Shown: positions 9,247 through 18,211 of the stretch, in pieces
Layout of the letters: each line of letters opens with the position of its first letter
How positions within the stretch are numbered: the stretch's first letter is position 1
NCBI GenBank assembly: GCA_963817125.1
Contig: CAWFNB010000004.1
Coordinates: 139,144-203,143 of the forward strand
Reading direction: 5' to 3'
DNA from: an uncultured Actinomycetota bacterium
Lineage (GTDB): Bacteria; Actinomycetota; Actinomycetes; Propionibacteriales; Nocardioidaceae
Length of the DNA stretch: 64,000 nt
Notes under the pieces: model-generated
Databases searched by the model: none
Told to the model about the DNA's origin: nothing
The model's input: the letters and a program-made list of their open reading frames with translations, nothing else
Made by a program: the position numbers and the translations under genes

Positions 9247-10439
9247 CCGCGCAGTCCCACGAGCTCGAGGGCAGCGGCCGCGGCGTCGGCGAGCACCTCC
9301 CGCGCCGGGCGGCCGAGGGCGGCCGCGGCGCGGGCCACGTCGTCGTACTCCGGTTGCGCGGTGATCACGACGCCGTCGAGTCGGGCCAGCTTCACCGAGA
9401 TCTCGAGACCGCCGACCGTGACCGTGGTGCTCTCGCGGGGGAGGGCGTGCCGGGCGACGGGGTACTCGCGAATGCCGATGGTCGAGGTCTCCCGGAAGAC
9501 GGTGGCCCGCACTTCCGCGGCCAGGTCGGGGGTCACCAGCGCGCGGAACGTGTGGGCGGGGCGGCCCTTCTTCATCAGGATCGGCGTCAGCCACGCGTCG
9601 AGGGCGCCTGCAGCCAGGACCGCGGTGATCACGGCGGGCCAGAGCCGCGGGTCGAGGTCGTCGACGTTGGACTCGAGGACGAGCAGGTCGTCGACACCCT
9701 CCGGTCCGGAGCCGATCGGGGAGCCGACGAGCAGTCGGAGCACGTTCGCATGGCCCTCGGGGTCGCGGCCACCGGCGCCGACGCCGACCGTCCGGGTGGT
9801 CATCGGCGGTTGGGGACCGTACGACGTCGCCAGCGTGGTGAGCAGTGCGGCGCCGGTCGGCGTGCACAGCTCCATCGCCGGGGCGCCCTCCGGGCCGGCG
9901 TACGACGGGACGCCGGTCAGCAACGCGGCCACGGCCGGCGGTGGGACGGGCAGGGTGCCGTGTGCCCCTTTGACGGAGCCGGAGCCGACCGCGACCGGGC
10001 TGACCACGACCTCGCTGGCGCCGAGGTGGACGATGCCCGCGCAGACCGCGACCACGTCGGCGATCGCGTCGAGGGCGCCGACCTCGTGGAAGTGCACCTC
10101 GAGCGGGTCGTGGCCGTGCACCGCGCCCTCGGCGACGGCGAGCCGCTCGAAGGCCCGCAGCGCGAGGTCGCGCACCCCGTCGGCGAGCGGGGACTCGAGG
10201 AGGAGGGTCCGGATGTCGCGCCAGGTCCGGTGCTGGACCGAGTCGGCGACCTCGACGTGCACGCGAGTGGCGGCGAAGCCGTTGCGGGTGACCGCCTCGA
10301 CCCGCAGCGCCACCGGCTCGGGGGAGACCGCGTCCAGCGCGTGCTGCAGCACCTCGAGTGGCACGCCGGCGCCGACCAGGGCGCCGAGCAGCATGTCCCC
10401 GCTGGCGCCGGACGAGGCGTCGACCCAGATGACGGTCAT
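9243..10439 (-). CDS. larC: nickel-pincer cofactor biosynthesis protein LarC (nickel insertase, DUF111)
   Basis: 398 aa. N-terminal DASSGASGDMLLGAL signature and length are typical of LarC. ATGA overlap with the larB stop. Confidence 0.85.
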   Translation of the reverse strand: MTVIWVDASSGASGDMLLGALVGAGVPLEVLQHALDAVSPEPVALRVEAVTRNGFAATRVHVEVADSVQHRTWRDIRTLLLESPLADGVRDLALRAFERLAVAEGAVHGHDPLEVHFHEVGALDAIADVVAVCAGIVHLGASEVVVSPVAVGSGSVKGAHGTLPVPPPAVAALLTGVPSYAGPEGAPAMELCTPTGAALLTTLATSYGPQPPMTTRTVGVGAGGRDPEGHANVLRLLVGSPIGSGPEGVDDLLVLESNVDDLDPRLWPAVITAVLAAGALDAWLTPILMKKGRPAHTFRALVTPDLAAEVRATVFRETSTIGIREYPVARHALPRESTTVTVGGLEISVKLARLDGVVITAQPEYDDVARAAAALGRPAREVLADAAAAALELVGLRG

Positions 10440-11113
10440 CGGGCGGCCCGTGCGACCCGGGCCGCGAAGACACCGGCGCCGTACCCGTTGTCGATGTTGA
10501 CGACGGTGACGCCGGGCGCGCAGGAGTTGAGCATCGCGAGCAGGGCGGCAATGCCGCCGAACGAGGCGCCGTAGCCCACGCTGGTCGGCACGGCGACCAG
10601 GGGTACGCCGGTCAGCCCGCCGACCACGGACGGCAGCGCGCCCTCCATGCCGGCCACAACCACCAGGCAGTCGGCGGCCTCGAGCCGATCACGGACGCCG
10701 AGCAACCGGTGCAGCCCGGACACCCCGACATCCTCGATCAGGTCGACCGCCGAGCCGTGCACGCGGATCGACAGCGCGGCCTCCGCCGCAACCGGGGCGT
10801 CGCTCGTCCCGGCCGAGACCACTGCCACCGTGCCCCGTGGCTCGGGGAACGGTCCGAGCGTGGCTGCCCGGGCGACGGCGTCGACGTTCGCCTCCGGTAG
10901 CGAGGTCGCGACCTGCGCCAGCGCCTCCTCGGAGAGCCGGGTGGCCAGCACCGCGCGCTGGGGGTGCTTGTCATGGAGGGTCTTCAGGATCGCGATCACC
11001 TGGCCGGGCGTCTTGCCCTCGCCGTACACGACCTCGGCATCCCCGGTGCGCCGCGCGCGGTCGAGGTCGACCCGGGCGAAGCCCAGGTCCTCGATGCGCG
11101 GGTCGTTCTCCAC
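10436..11113 (-). CDS. larB: nickel-pincer cofactor biosynthesis protein LarB (PurE-like)
   Basis: 225 aa. GFARVDLDRARRTG N-terminal region and PurE-like VVSAGTSDAPVAAEA core. Confidence 0.85.
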   Translation of the reverse strand: MENDPRIEDLGFARVDLDRARRTGDAEVVYGEGKTPGQVIAILKTLHDKHPQRAVLATRLSEEALAQVATSLPEANVDAVARAATLGPFPEPRGTVAVVSAGTSDAPVAAEAALSIRVHGSAVDLIEDVGVSGLHRLLGVRDRLEAADCLVVVAGMEGALPSVVGGLTGVPLVAVPTSVGYGASFGGIAALLAMLNSCAPGVTVVNIDNGYGAGVFAARVARAAR

Positions 11114-11144
11114 GCGAGCAGGCTAGTCCCGCCATGGACGCTGG

Positions 11145-11951
11145 TTGGCCCGCGGGTGTTGGCTGGCCGGCGTGAGCATCGTCGACTTCTACCTGCAAGG
11201 CACGCCGAGCTACACAGAGCTGACGACGCCGGACCAGCAGGCGGCCAAGCAGTTCTACGGTCCGCTTTTCGGCTGGGAGTTCGAGGACGTCGACATGGGC
11301 GAGGCCGGGGTGTACGTCGCGGTCTCGGTGAGCGGCGACTCGGTCGCGGGCATCGCCGGCCAGATGCCGCAGCTGCAGGGGCACCCGGCGTTCTGGGGCG
11401 TCTACATCGCCGTGGACGACGTGGACGCGACGGCGGCGAAGGTGGCGGTCGCGGGCGGGAAGGTCGAGGCCGGCCCGTTCGACGTGATGGACCTGGGCCG
11501 GATGGCCTCGATCCAGGACCCCAGCGGCGTGCGGGTCAACCTCTGGCAGGCCGGCGCGAGCATCGGCTCGGTGCGGGTCAACGAGCCCGGCTGCCCCATC
11601 TGGCACGAGCTCAGCAGCCCGGACCTTCCGACCGCGACCCGGTTCTACTCCGACGTGCTCGGCGTCGAGTGGGAGTCGATGCCGATGGAGACCGGCGACG
11701 ACTACACGTGCCTGATGGTCGAGGGCCGGCCGGTCGCCGGCGCGTTCCCCCCGCAGATGGACGGCATCCCGCCGCACTGGGACGTCTACTTCAACGTCGA
11801 GGATGCCGACGCCACCGCCGGTCGGGCCGCCGACCTCGGCGCCAAGGTCCTGGTGCCGCCGTACGACGTGCCCGGCGTGGGACGGACCGCCATGCTCCGC
11901 GACCCGCAGGGTGCGCTGCTCGGGCTGCTGCAGAACCCACCGGACGAGTGA
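11145..11951 (+). CDS. two-domain VOC (glyoxalase/bleomycin-resistance fold) protein
   Basis: Two repeats of the FYxxLFGWE / FYSDVLGVEW VOC signature. Start uncertain (TTG 11145 or GTG 11172). Confidence 0.75.
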   Translation: MARGCWLAGVSIVDFYLQGTPSYTELTTPDQQAAKQFYGPLFGWEFEDVDMGEAGVYVAVSVSGDSVAGIAGQMPQLQGHPAFWGVYIAVDDVDATAAKVAVAGGKVEAGPFDVMDLGRMASIQDPSGVRVNLWQAGASIGSVRVNEPGCPIWHELSSPDLPTATRFYSDVLGVEWESMPMETGDDYTCLMVEGRPVAGAFPPQMDGIPPHWDVYFNVEDADATAGRAADLGAKVLVPPYDVPGVGRTAMLRDPQGALLGLLQNPPDE

Positions 11952-11976
11952 GATTCACCGGGTACCCGGTGAATCT
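11951..11976. repeat. perfect 26-bp palindrome AGATTCACCGGGTACCCGGTGAATCT
   Basis: Read directly from the sequence. Its first base is the last base of the VOC stop codon (TGA 11949-11951). Lies between convergent genes. Confidence 0.9.
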
Positions 11977-11984
11977 GGAGCTCA

Positions 11985-12004
11985 CCCGCTGAACCTTCAG
12001 CGGG
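11985..12004. terminator. hairpin CCCGCTGAA-CC-TTCAGCGGG
   Basis: 9-bp perfect stem with a 2-nt loop between the two palindromes. Possible bidirectional terminator element. Confidence 0.5.
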
Positions 12005-12015
12005 CAAGCGTGAGT

Positions 12016-12035
12016 TTCACCGGGTACCCGGTGAA
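12016..12035. repeat. perfect 20-bp palindrome TTCACCGGGTACCCGGTGAA (second copy)
   Basis: Same core as 11951..11976. Both copies are preceded by GTGAG and followed by TCT. Confidence 0.9.
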
Positions 12036-12062
12036 TCTTGTGACTGGAGGGAACGCGAGGGA

Positions 12063-12911
12063 CTACGCGTGGTCCTCCCGGAACGCATCGGCCGCGTAGA
12101 CGCCGAGGATCTTCACGTCGGTGGTGAAGAAGCGCAGCTCCTCCAGCGCGCGTGCCACGCCGACGTCGGACGGATGGCCGTCGACCTCGGCGAGGAACTG
12201 GGTCGCGGTGAACTCCCCGCCCACCATGTAGCTCTCCAGCTTGGTCATGTTCACGCCGTTGGTCGCGAAGCCGCCGAGTGCCTTGTAGAGCGCTGCCGGC
12301 AGGTTGCGGACGTTGAAGATGAACGACGTGACGACCGGTCCGTTGCCTGCCTCCGCCTCGACCAGCTCCCGGGAGAGCACCACGAACCGGGTGGTGTTGT
12401 GGTCCTCGTCCTCGACGTCCTCGGCGAGCACCTCGAGCCCGTAGATCTCCGCGGCCAGCGGAGGCGAGATCGCGGCCTGGGTCGGGTCGGCGGCCTCGAG
12501 CACCTCGCGCGCCGCCCCGGCCGTGTCGCCGGAGATCACCGGGTGCAGGCTGTGGGCGCGGATGATCTTGCGGCACTGGCCGAGCGCGTGCACGTGGCTG
12601 TGCACGGTCCGCACCTGGTCGAGTCGCGCGCCCGGGATCCCCATCAGGTGGAACCGGATCCGCAGGAAGTGCTCGGCCACGATGTGCAGGCCCGAGTCGG
12701 GCAGGAAGTGGTGGATGTCGGCGACCCGGCCGGCGATCGAGTTGTCGATCGGGATCATCGCCAGGTCGGCCTCGCCGCCCTCGACCGCCGCGAACACGTC
12801 CTCGAACGACGCGCACGCCAGCGCCTCCAGCTCCGGGTACTGCTCACGGCACACCTGATGGGAGTTGGCGCCCGGCTCGCCCTGGTAGGCGATGCGTCGC
12901 GGTTCGGTCAC
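12063..12911 (-). CDS. pheA: prephenate dehydratase
   Basis: 282 aa. IAYQGEPGANSH N-terminus, conserved TRF motif (HNTTRFVVL) and a C-terminal ACT-like domain. Confidence 0.9.
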   Translation of the reverse strand: MTEPRRIAYQGEPGANSHQVCREQYPELEALACASFEDVFAAVEGGEADLAMIPIDNSIAGRVADIHHFLPDSGLHIVAEHFLRIRFHLMGIPGARLDQVRTVHSHVHALGQCRKIIRAHSLHPVISGDTAGAAREVLEAADPTQAAISPPLAAEIYGLEVLAEDVEDEDHNTTRFVVLSRELVEAEAGNGPVVTSFIFNVRNLPAALYKALGGFATNGVNMTKLESYMVGGEFTATQFLAEVDGHPSDVGVARALEELRFFTTDVKILGVYAADAFREDHA

Positions 12912-12925
12912 CGGAGCATCGTAGT

Positions 12926-13327
12926 TTGAGAGGTGTGGCGTACCTGGTCGTTCTCAGCCTGGCGATCGCCCTGGCCGCGTTGGCCCTGGCCGCCGCCGGT
13001 CTGCGTCGGACGACGCCCGGGCGTCACAACGTCGACGGACTGCCCGAGGACGTGGTCGGCCTTCGCCAGGAGGTGGCCGCCCTGCGCGCCGAGGCCGCCG
13101 GGGCGTTCCGGCACCTCGGGATCGTGCGGTACGACGCGTTCAGCGACGTCGGCGGCCGGCTGTCGTGGTCGGTCGCGCTGCTGGATCACTCCGGTGGCGG
13201 CGTGGTGCTGACCGCGATCCACGGCCGCAGCGAGGCGCGCAGCTACGCGAAGAGCATCGCCGGCTGGCGGTGTGAGCAGCCGCTCTCGCCGGAGGAGGAG
13301 CAGGCGGTCGCCTCCGCGCGGCCGTGA
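12926..13327 (+). CDS. DUF4446-like membrane-anchored protein
   Basis: N-terminal TM helix, then GIVRYDAFSDVGGRLSWSVALLD...GVVLTAIHGR, typical of the actinobacterial DUF4446 family found near pheA/serS. Confidence 0.7.
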   Translation: MRGVAYLVVLSLAIALAALALAAAGLRRTTPGRHNVDGLPEDVVGLRQEVAALRAEAAGAFRHLGIVRYDAFSDVGGRLSWSVALLDHSGGGVVLTAIHGRSEARSYAKSIAGWRCEQPLSPEEEQAVASARP

Positions 13328-13413
13328 GCGCGGACGCCGCGGATCCAGTGACCCTTGCGTCGGCATGCCGGGATGCATCATCCTCAGGTCCCTCGGTCTA
13401 GAGAAGGACGGAC

Positions 13414-14133
13414 ATGCGTCGGACGTTCACTTTGCTCGCCACAGTTCTGGCGAGCTTGCTCACTGTCCTCGTGCCGAGCGGCCCCGCTGCGGCGGACGAA
13501 CACCTGCAAAGGACGTTCACGGAGGGCTACGCCGACTCTGGAACGATCCGATTCAACACGCCCAGCATCTGCGTGGCCTGGACGATGAGCGGCGTCAAGT
13601 CCTATCGCGGCCACTACATACATCGAGACCCCGCCACTGGCCCAGACACCTACTCGTACCTGATCGAGAGCGTGAAGCTCACGACCAACAGCCTGACGCT
13701 TCGCGCCTTCAAGCCGAACGGAAGCACGTGTCCCAACACCGACGCCAAGTACTGGAACGAGGTCAAGGTGGAGGCGCATGCTCGAGGACACAAGTGCAGT
13801 TTCAATCCGTCGATTTCGGCGTCACTCGGTTTCCCAGCCAGCTTCGGCCTGGGCCTGGAGTTCTGGCCGACGTGTCAGGACAAAGCCAAGACGTTCCTCA
13901 AGGCCACTGTCGGTGCTGGGCACGTTGTCACCGTGCGCAATGACCCTCAGGTGCTCACCTTCGCTAGCCAAGAATTGACCTACGGGAGTCCCAACAACAA
14001 CGTGCCGTGGAACTGCTACGGGGTGAACTTCGGTTTCCAGATCGACGTCGGCAACAATCACAACGTCAACACAGCCATCGGCCCCCGAATCGAGGCATGT
14101 CCCAACTGGAAAGGGACAAAGTCTGCTTTCTGA
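13414..14133 (+). CDS. secreted cysteine-containing protein of unknown function
   Basis: Signal peptide MRRTFTLLATVLASLLTVLVPSGPAAA. GAAGGA RBS upstream. Six Cys residues and no recognisable domain. GC visibly lower (34/60 in line 14041-14100). Confidence 0.65.
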   Translation: MRRTFTLLATVLASLLTVLVPSGPAAADEHLQRTFTEGYADSGTIRFNTPSICVAWTMSGVKSYRGHYIHRDPATGPDTYSYLIESVKLTTNSLTLRAFKPNGSTCPNTDAKYWNEVKVEAHARGHKCSFNPSISASLGFPASFGLGLEFWPTCQDKAKTFLKATVGAGHVVTVRNDPQVLTFASQELTYGSPNNNVPWNCYGVNFGFQIDVGNNHNVNTAIGPRIEACPNWKGTKSAF

Positions 14134-14178
14134 GGCCAAGGGCCCGATGTGCTCCTGCCTCGGGGTAAGGGCAAGGGA

Positions 14179-14862
14179 ATGACGGAGGAGCGGGACTGGG
14201 ACCAGCTTGCCGACGAGCTGGGCGTCGCAGCCGTGGCCGACGGGGACCCGACGCGCTGGTACGACGAGCTCTGGTCGGCGGCCGCCCGCGGCGAGGTGAG
14301 CATGCCGTGGGACCGCACCGACCCGCACGACCTGCTCGCAGACTTTCTCGTCGACAGGGCCACCGGGCTGAACGGCTCCGGGAAACGAGCCGTGGTCGTC
14401 GGTGCGGGCTACGGCGCGGACGCCGAGCACCTCGCCTCCCGTGGCTATCGCACCACCGCATTCGACATCAGCCCGGCGGCCGTCACCGCAGCGCGGGAGC
14501 GCTACCCCGACAGCGACGTGGACTACCGGGTTGCCGACCTGCTCGACCTGCCCGACGACCTCGTGGGCGCCTTCGACCTGGTGGTCGAGATCTACACGAT
14601 CCAGGCCCTGCACGGCTCGCTGCGCGAGCGCGCGGTGTCCGGCGTACGCCGGCTGGTGGCGCCGGGCGGCAGCCTGTTCGTCGTCCAGATCGTCCGTGAG
14701 GACGACGAGGAGGTCGGCGCCGAGCCACCGTGGCTGCTCGACCGTGCCGAGATGGCAGCGCTCGAGGGGGACGGGCTGGTCGCCGAGTCGCTCGAGCGAG
14801 TGCCGAACGCCGTCCAGCCCGAGCTCCGCGACCGCTGGCGGATGGTGCTCACCCGCCGGTGA
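14179..14862 (+). CDS. class I SAM-dependent methyltransferase
   Basis: ATG at 14179. SAM motif I AVVVGAGYGADAEHLASRG and post-I FDIS. Similar to thiopurine-methyltransferase-like enzymes. Confidence 0.8.
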   Translation: MTEERDWDQLADELGVAAVADGDPTRWYDELWSAAARGEVSMPWDRTDPHDLLADFLVDRATGLNGSGKRAVVVGAGYGADAEHLASRGYRTTAFDISPAAVTAARERYPDSDVDYRVADLLDLPDDLVGAFDLVVEIYTIQALHGSLRERAVSGVRRLVAPGGSLFVVQIVREDDEEVGAEPPWLLDRAEMAALEGDGLVAESLERVPNAVQPELRDRWRMVLTRR

Positions 14863-14872
14863 CGAGCAGCCG

Positions 14873-15265
14873 TCACGGGCGCTTGAGGTAGTACTCCGTG
14901 AACTCGGCGCAGCGCTCGTCGTCGTCGAACTTCATGACGAAGCAGTTGTCGTAGACGCGGACCACCGGCCCGCCCGGCTCGTCGCGGTACGACGACGTGC
15001 CGGTCGCCACGACGACATCACCGTCGACGGCGACCGGCGCGTAGGTCGCGTCAAAGGTGCCGATCGCGTCCCGGGTGGACGCCGAGTCCGGCCCGTCCCC
15101 CAGCCAGGAAGCCACGACGGCGTCGCGACCCATGATCGGCTCGTCGTAGGGGTGGTAGCGGTAGGCGATGTCCTCGGTGAAGAGGTCGCCGATCAGGTCA
15201 GCCTCGTAGGTCAGCCAGGCTGTGACGTAGCGGTCGAGCCAGTCCTGGGCGGCGCTGTGGTCCAT
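14873..15265 (-). CDS. NTF2-like (SnoaL-type) protein
   Basis: 130 aa. AQDWLDRYVTAW...FTEDIAYRYHP pattern is typical of the SnoaL/NTF2 fold. Confidence 0.7.
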   Translation of the reverse strand: MDHSAAQDWLDRYVTAWLTYEADLIGDLFTEDIAYRYHPYDEPIMGRDAVVASWLGDGPDSASTRDAIGTFDATYAPVAVDGDVVVATGTSSYRDEPGGPVVRVYDNCFVMKFDDDERCAEFTEYYLKRP

Positions 15266-15269
15266 GGCC

Positions 15270-16862
15270 TCAGCGTGGCACGCGGACGAGCACCCGGCCG
15301 TGCACGCACTCCATCCGCAGCTCGCGGCCGGGGCCGATCGAGTCTCCGTCGAGCTGGCGGGGTGTGTCCGCGCTGGCTCGGACCACGACGGTGCGGCCCG
15401 TCATCCGGTTGACCAGCTCGTCGGTGCGGGAGCGCTTTGCCAGGACCCGGAAGGCCAGCGGGATCCACGACAGGAACCGACGGGGGTGCAGGAGCACGAT
15501 GTCGAGCTGGCCGTCGTCGATGGCCGCGTCCGGCAGCAGCGGCATCCCGGCCTGGAGGTAGCCGACGTTGCCCACCACGATCGTCCGCGCGCGGTGGGTG
15601 ACGAACTCGGCGTCGTCCACCGAGATCTCGGCCTTCACCGCCGGGAACATCAGTGACTTCAGCGCCGACAGGACGTAGGCGATCCAGCCGACCTTCGCCT
15701 TGAAGTCCTCGTTGACGCCCTCCATGATCGCGGCGTCGAAGCCCATGCCGGCCATCACCATGAAGTGGGTGTCCTCGATGCCGTCGCCGCTCACCTTCAC
15801 CATGTCGATGGCGCGGTCCTGTCCGGTCAGGGCGACGTCGATGGCGGCCCGCAGGAACAGCGGGATGCCGAGGTTGCGCGCCAGCAGGTTGCCGGTGCCG
15901 GCCGGGATGATCCCGATCGGGACGCCGGTGCCGGCCAGCTCGGCACAGACCTCGCGCACCGTGCCGTCGCCGCCGCAGACGATGACCAGGTCGGCACCGG
16001 CGACGGCGGCGGCCTCGGCCATGCCGGTGCCCGGGTCCTCGACGGTCGTGTAGTGCCAGACCGGCAGCGACCAGCCGGCTTCGGCGGCCAGGGAGCCGAC
16101 GATGGTCCGGAAGCCGTCGACGTCCTCGAGCTTCGACGGGTTCACGATGACGGCGAGCTTGCGTTCGGAGGGGAAGGGCTCCGGCAGCGCCGGGAGCTGC
16201 TGGGCGTGGCTGCGGGGGAGCGGGCTGTAGACGGCCAGGCCGAGGGCCACCATCCCCATGCCCAGGAGGAAGCCGCCGACCACGTCGGACGGGAAGTGCC
16301 GGCCGAGCAGCACCCGGTCGAGGCACACCACGACCACGAGCACGGCCACCAGGAGGTACAGCAGGCGCCGTACGTTGCCGCGGCGGACCAGCATCACGAT
16401 CAGCACGATGAGGACACCGCCGAAGGCAGTGACCGACGCCGCGTGCCCGGACGGGAAGGACTTGCTGGACAGGAGCGACTGGGTCAGCTGCCACTCGGGC
16501 CTGGTGCGGCCCACCAGCAGCTTGATCAAGGTGTACGCCGCCGTGGTCACCACCATGACGCCGACGGTGTACAGGGCGGCCCGCCGGTGGCCACGGACGA
16601 ACATCAGCACGGCGACGGCACCAGTCATGATCGCCATGCCGGCGTTCGCGAAGGCGACCTCGATGACCCGCAGCGGCCGGATCAGCCAGCGCGAGTCCAC
16701 CGCGTACTGCGCCGCCGGTGAACCGCGGTCGTCGAACTCCGCGACGGGTCCCGCGCCCTGTACCACCGCCACCAGGACCCCCAGGAACAGCAGGAACGAC
16801 AGCAGCGCCCACCCGAGGAGCACGAGACGCGGTCGGTCCAGCACGGCGAGAAGTATGCCCAC
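15270..16862 (-). CDS. bifunctional PAP2 phosphatase / diacylglycerol-kinase-family lipid kinase
   Basis: PAP2 motifs KLLVGRTRP, PSGH, RVLLGRHFPSD in the TM half. C-terminal DAGK catalytic domain with VIVCGGDGTV and IIPAGTGNLLARNLG. Confidence 0.8.
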   Translation of the reverse strand: MGILLAVLDRPRLVLLGWALLSFLLFLGVLVAVVQGAGPVAEFDDRGSPAAQYAVDSRWLIRPLRVIEVAFANAGMAIMTGAVAVLMFVRGHRRAALYTVGVMVVTTAAYTLIKLLVGRTRPEWQLTQSLLSSKSFPSGHAASVTAFGGVLIVLIVMLVRRGNVRRLLYLLVAVLVVVVCLDRVLLGRHFPSDVVGGFLLGMGMVALGLAVYSPLPRSHAQQLPALPEPFPSERKLAVIVNPSKLEDVDGFRTIVGSLAAEAGWSLPVWHYTTVEDPGTGMAEAAAVAGADLVIVCGGDGTVREVCAELAGTGVPIGIIPAGTGNLLARNLGIPLFLRAAIDVALTGQDRAIDMVKVSGDGIEDTHFMVMAGMGFDAAIMEGVNEDFKAKVGWIAYVLSALKSLMFPAVKAEISVDDAEFVTHRARTIVVGNVGYLQAGMPLLPDAAIDDGQLDIVLLHPRRFLSWIPLAFRVLAKRSRTDELVNRMTGRTVVVRASADTPRQLDGDSIGPGRELRMECVHGRVLVRVPR

Positions 16863-16924
16863 AGGCGGCGGGAGCCTGTGTATCTCGGATGAGGGGGCCC
16901 GAGCCTGCCCACTAGCCTTGCGGC

Positions 16925-18211
16925 GTGATCGACCCCCGCATCATCCGTGACCAGCCCGACCGCGTGCGCGCCGCCCAGGCCAAGCGCGGGCTGTCCGACG
17001 CGGTGGTCGACGAGGCGCTCGCCGCCGACACCCGGCGCCGCCAGGCGATCGCCGAGTTCGAGACCAAGCGGGCCGAGCAGAAGCAGCTCGGCAAGCAGAT
17101 CCCGCAGGCCCAGGGTGACGAGAAGCAGGCCCTGCTGGCCCGCACCAAGGAGCTCGCCGCCGAGGTGAAGGTCGCCGAGGTCGCGCAGACCGAGGCCGAG
17201 GAGACCTGGCAGGCGGCCATCCTGTCGATCCCCAACCTGGCCCAGGAGGAGACTCCGGCCGGCGGCGAGGACGACTTCGTCGTGCTCGAGACGATCGGAA
17301 CACCGCGCGACTTCGCGGCCGAGGGATTCGAGCCGCGCGACCACGTCGAGCTCGGCCGGATGCTCGGCGCCATCGACATCGAGCGCGGGGCCAAGGTGTC
17401 CGGCTCGCGGTTCTACTTCCTGACCGGTGTCGGTGCGCAGCTCGAGCTGGCGCTGGTCAACCTCGCGATGGAGCAGGCCCGCAACGCCGGTTTCACCCAG
17501 GTCATCGCGCCCTCGCTGGTCCGACCGCGGGCGATGGAGGGCACCGGCTTCCTCGGCCAGGCGGCCGACGACGTCTACAAGATCGAGGGCGAGGACCTCT
17601 ACCTCGTGGGTACCTCCGAGGTGCCGATGGCGGCGTACCACTCCGACGAGATCCTCGACGCCACGGCGTTGCCGCTCCGCTACGCGGCGTTCAGCCCGTG
17701 CTTCCGCAAGGAGGCCGGCTCGCACGGCAAGGACACTCGCGGCATCATCCGGGTGCACTGGTTCGACAAGGTGGAGATGTTCGTCTACACCACCACCGAG
17801 GACTCCTACGCCGAGCACCAGCGGCTTCTCGAGTGGGAGAAGGAGTTCCTCGACAAGCTCGAGATCGCCTACCGCGTCATCGACGTGGCCGCCGGCGACC
17901 TCGGCCTGTCCGCGGCGCGCAAGTTCGACTGCGAGGCCTGGATCCCGACCCAGGGCCGCTACCGCGAGCTGACCTCGACCTCCAACTGCACCGAGTTCCA
18001 GACCCGGCGGCTCGACATCCGGGGCCGGTTCCCGGAAGGCGAGGGCGGCACCCGACCACTCGCCACCCTCAACGGCACGCTGTGCGCCATGACGCGGACC
18101 ATCGTGGCGATCCTCGAGACGCACCAGAACGCCGACGGCTCGGTGCGCGTTCCCCAGGCGCTGCGCCCGCACCTCGGCGGTGTCGAGGTGCTCAAGCCGG
18201 TACATGAGTAG
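16925..18211 (+). CDS. serS: serine--tRNA ligase
   Basis: 428 aa. N-terminal coiled-coil arm; class II motifs including [25 protein letters not shown] and [12 protein letters not shown]. Confidence 0.95.
   Translation: MIDPRIIRDQPDRVRAAQAKRGLSDAVVDEALAADTRRRQAIAEFETKRAEQKQLGKQIPQAQGDEKQALLARTKELAAEVKVAEVAQTEAEETWQAAILSIPNLAQEETPAGGEDDFVVLETIGTPRDFAAEGFEPRDHVELGRMLGAIDIERGAKVSGSRFYFLTGVGAQLELALVNLAMEQARNAGFTQVIAPSLVRPRAMEGTGFLGQAADDVYKIEGEDLYLVGTSEVPMAAYHSDEILDATALPLRYAAFSPCFRKEAGSHGKDTRGIIRVHWFDKVEMFVYTTTEDSYAEHQRLLEWEKEFLDKLEIAYRVIDVAAGDLGLSAARKFDCEAWIPTQGRYRELTSTSNCTEFQTRRLDIRGRFPEGEGGTRPLATLNGTLCAMTRTIVAILETHQNADGSVRVPQALRPHLGGVEVLKPVHE

Noticed and set aside
8413-10551. 712-aa ORF suggesting a giant channel fusion protein
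   Set aside because: The N-terminal 435 aa are an Arg/Pro/Gly-rich out-of-frame overlay of larC. A clean ATG at 9246, overlapping the larC stop, starts a normal-sized 277-aa BacNav protein.
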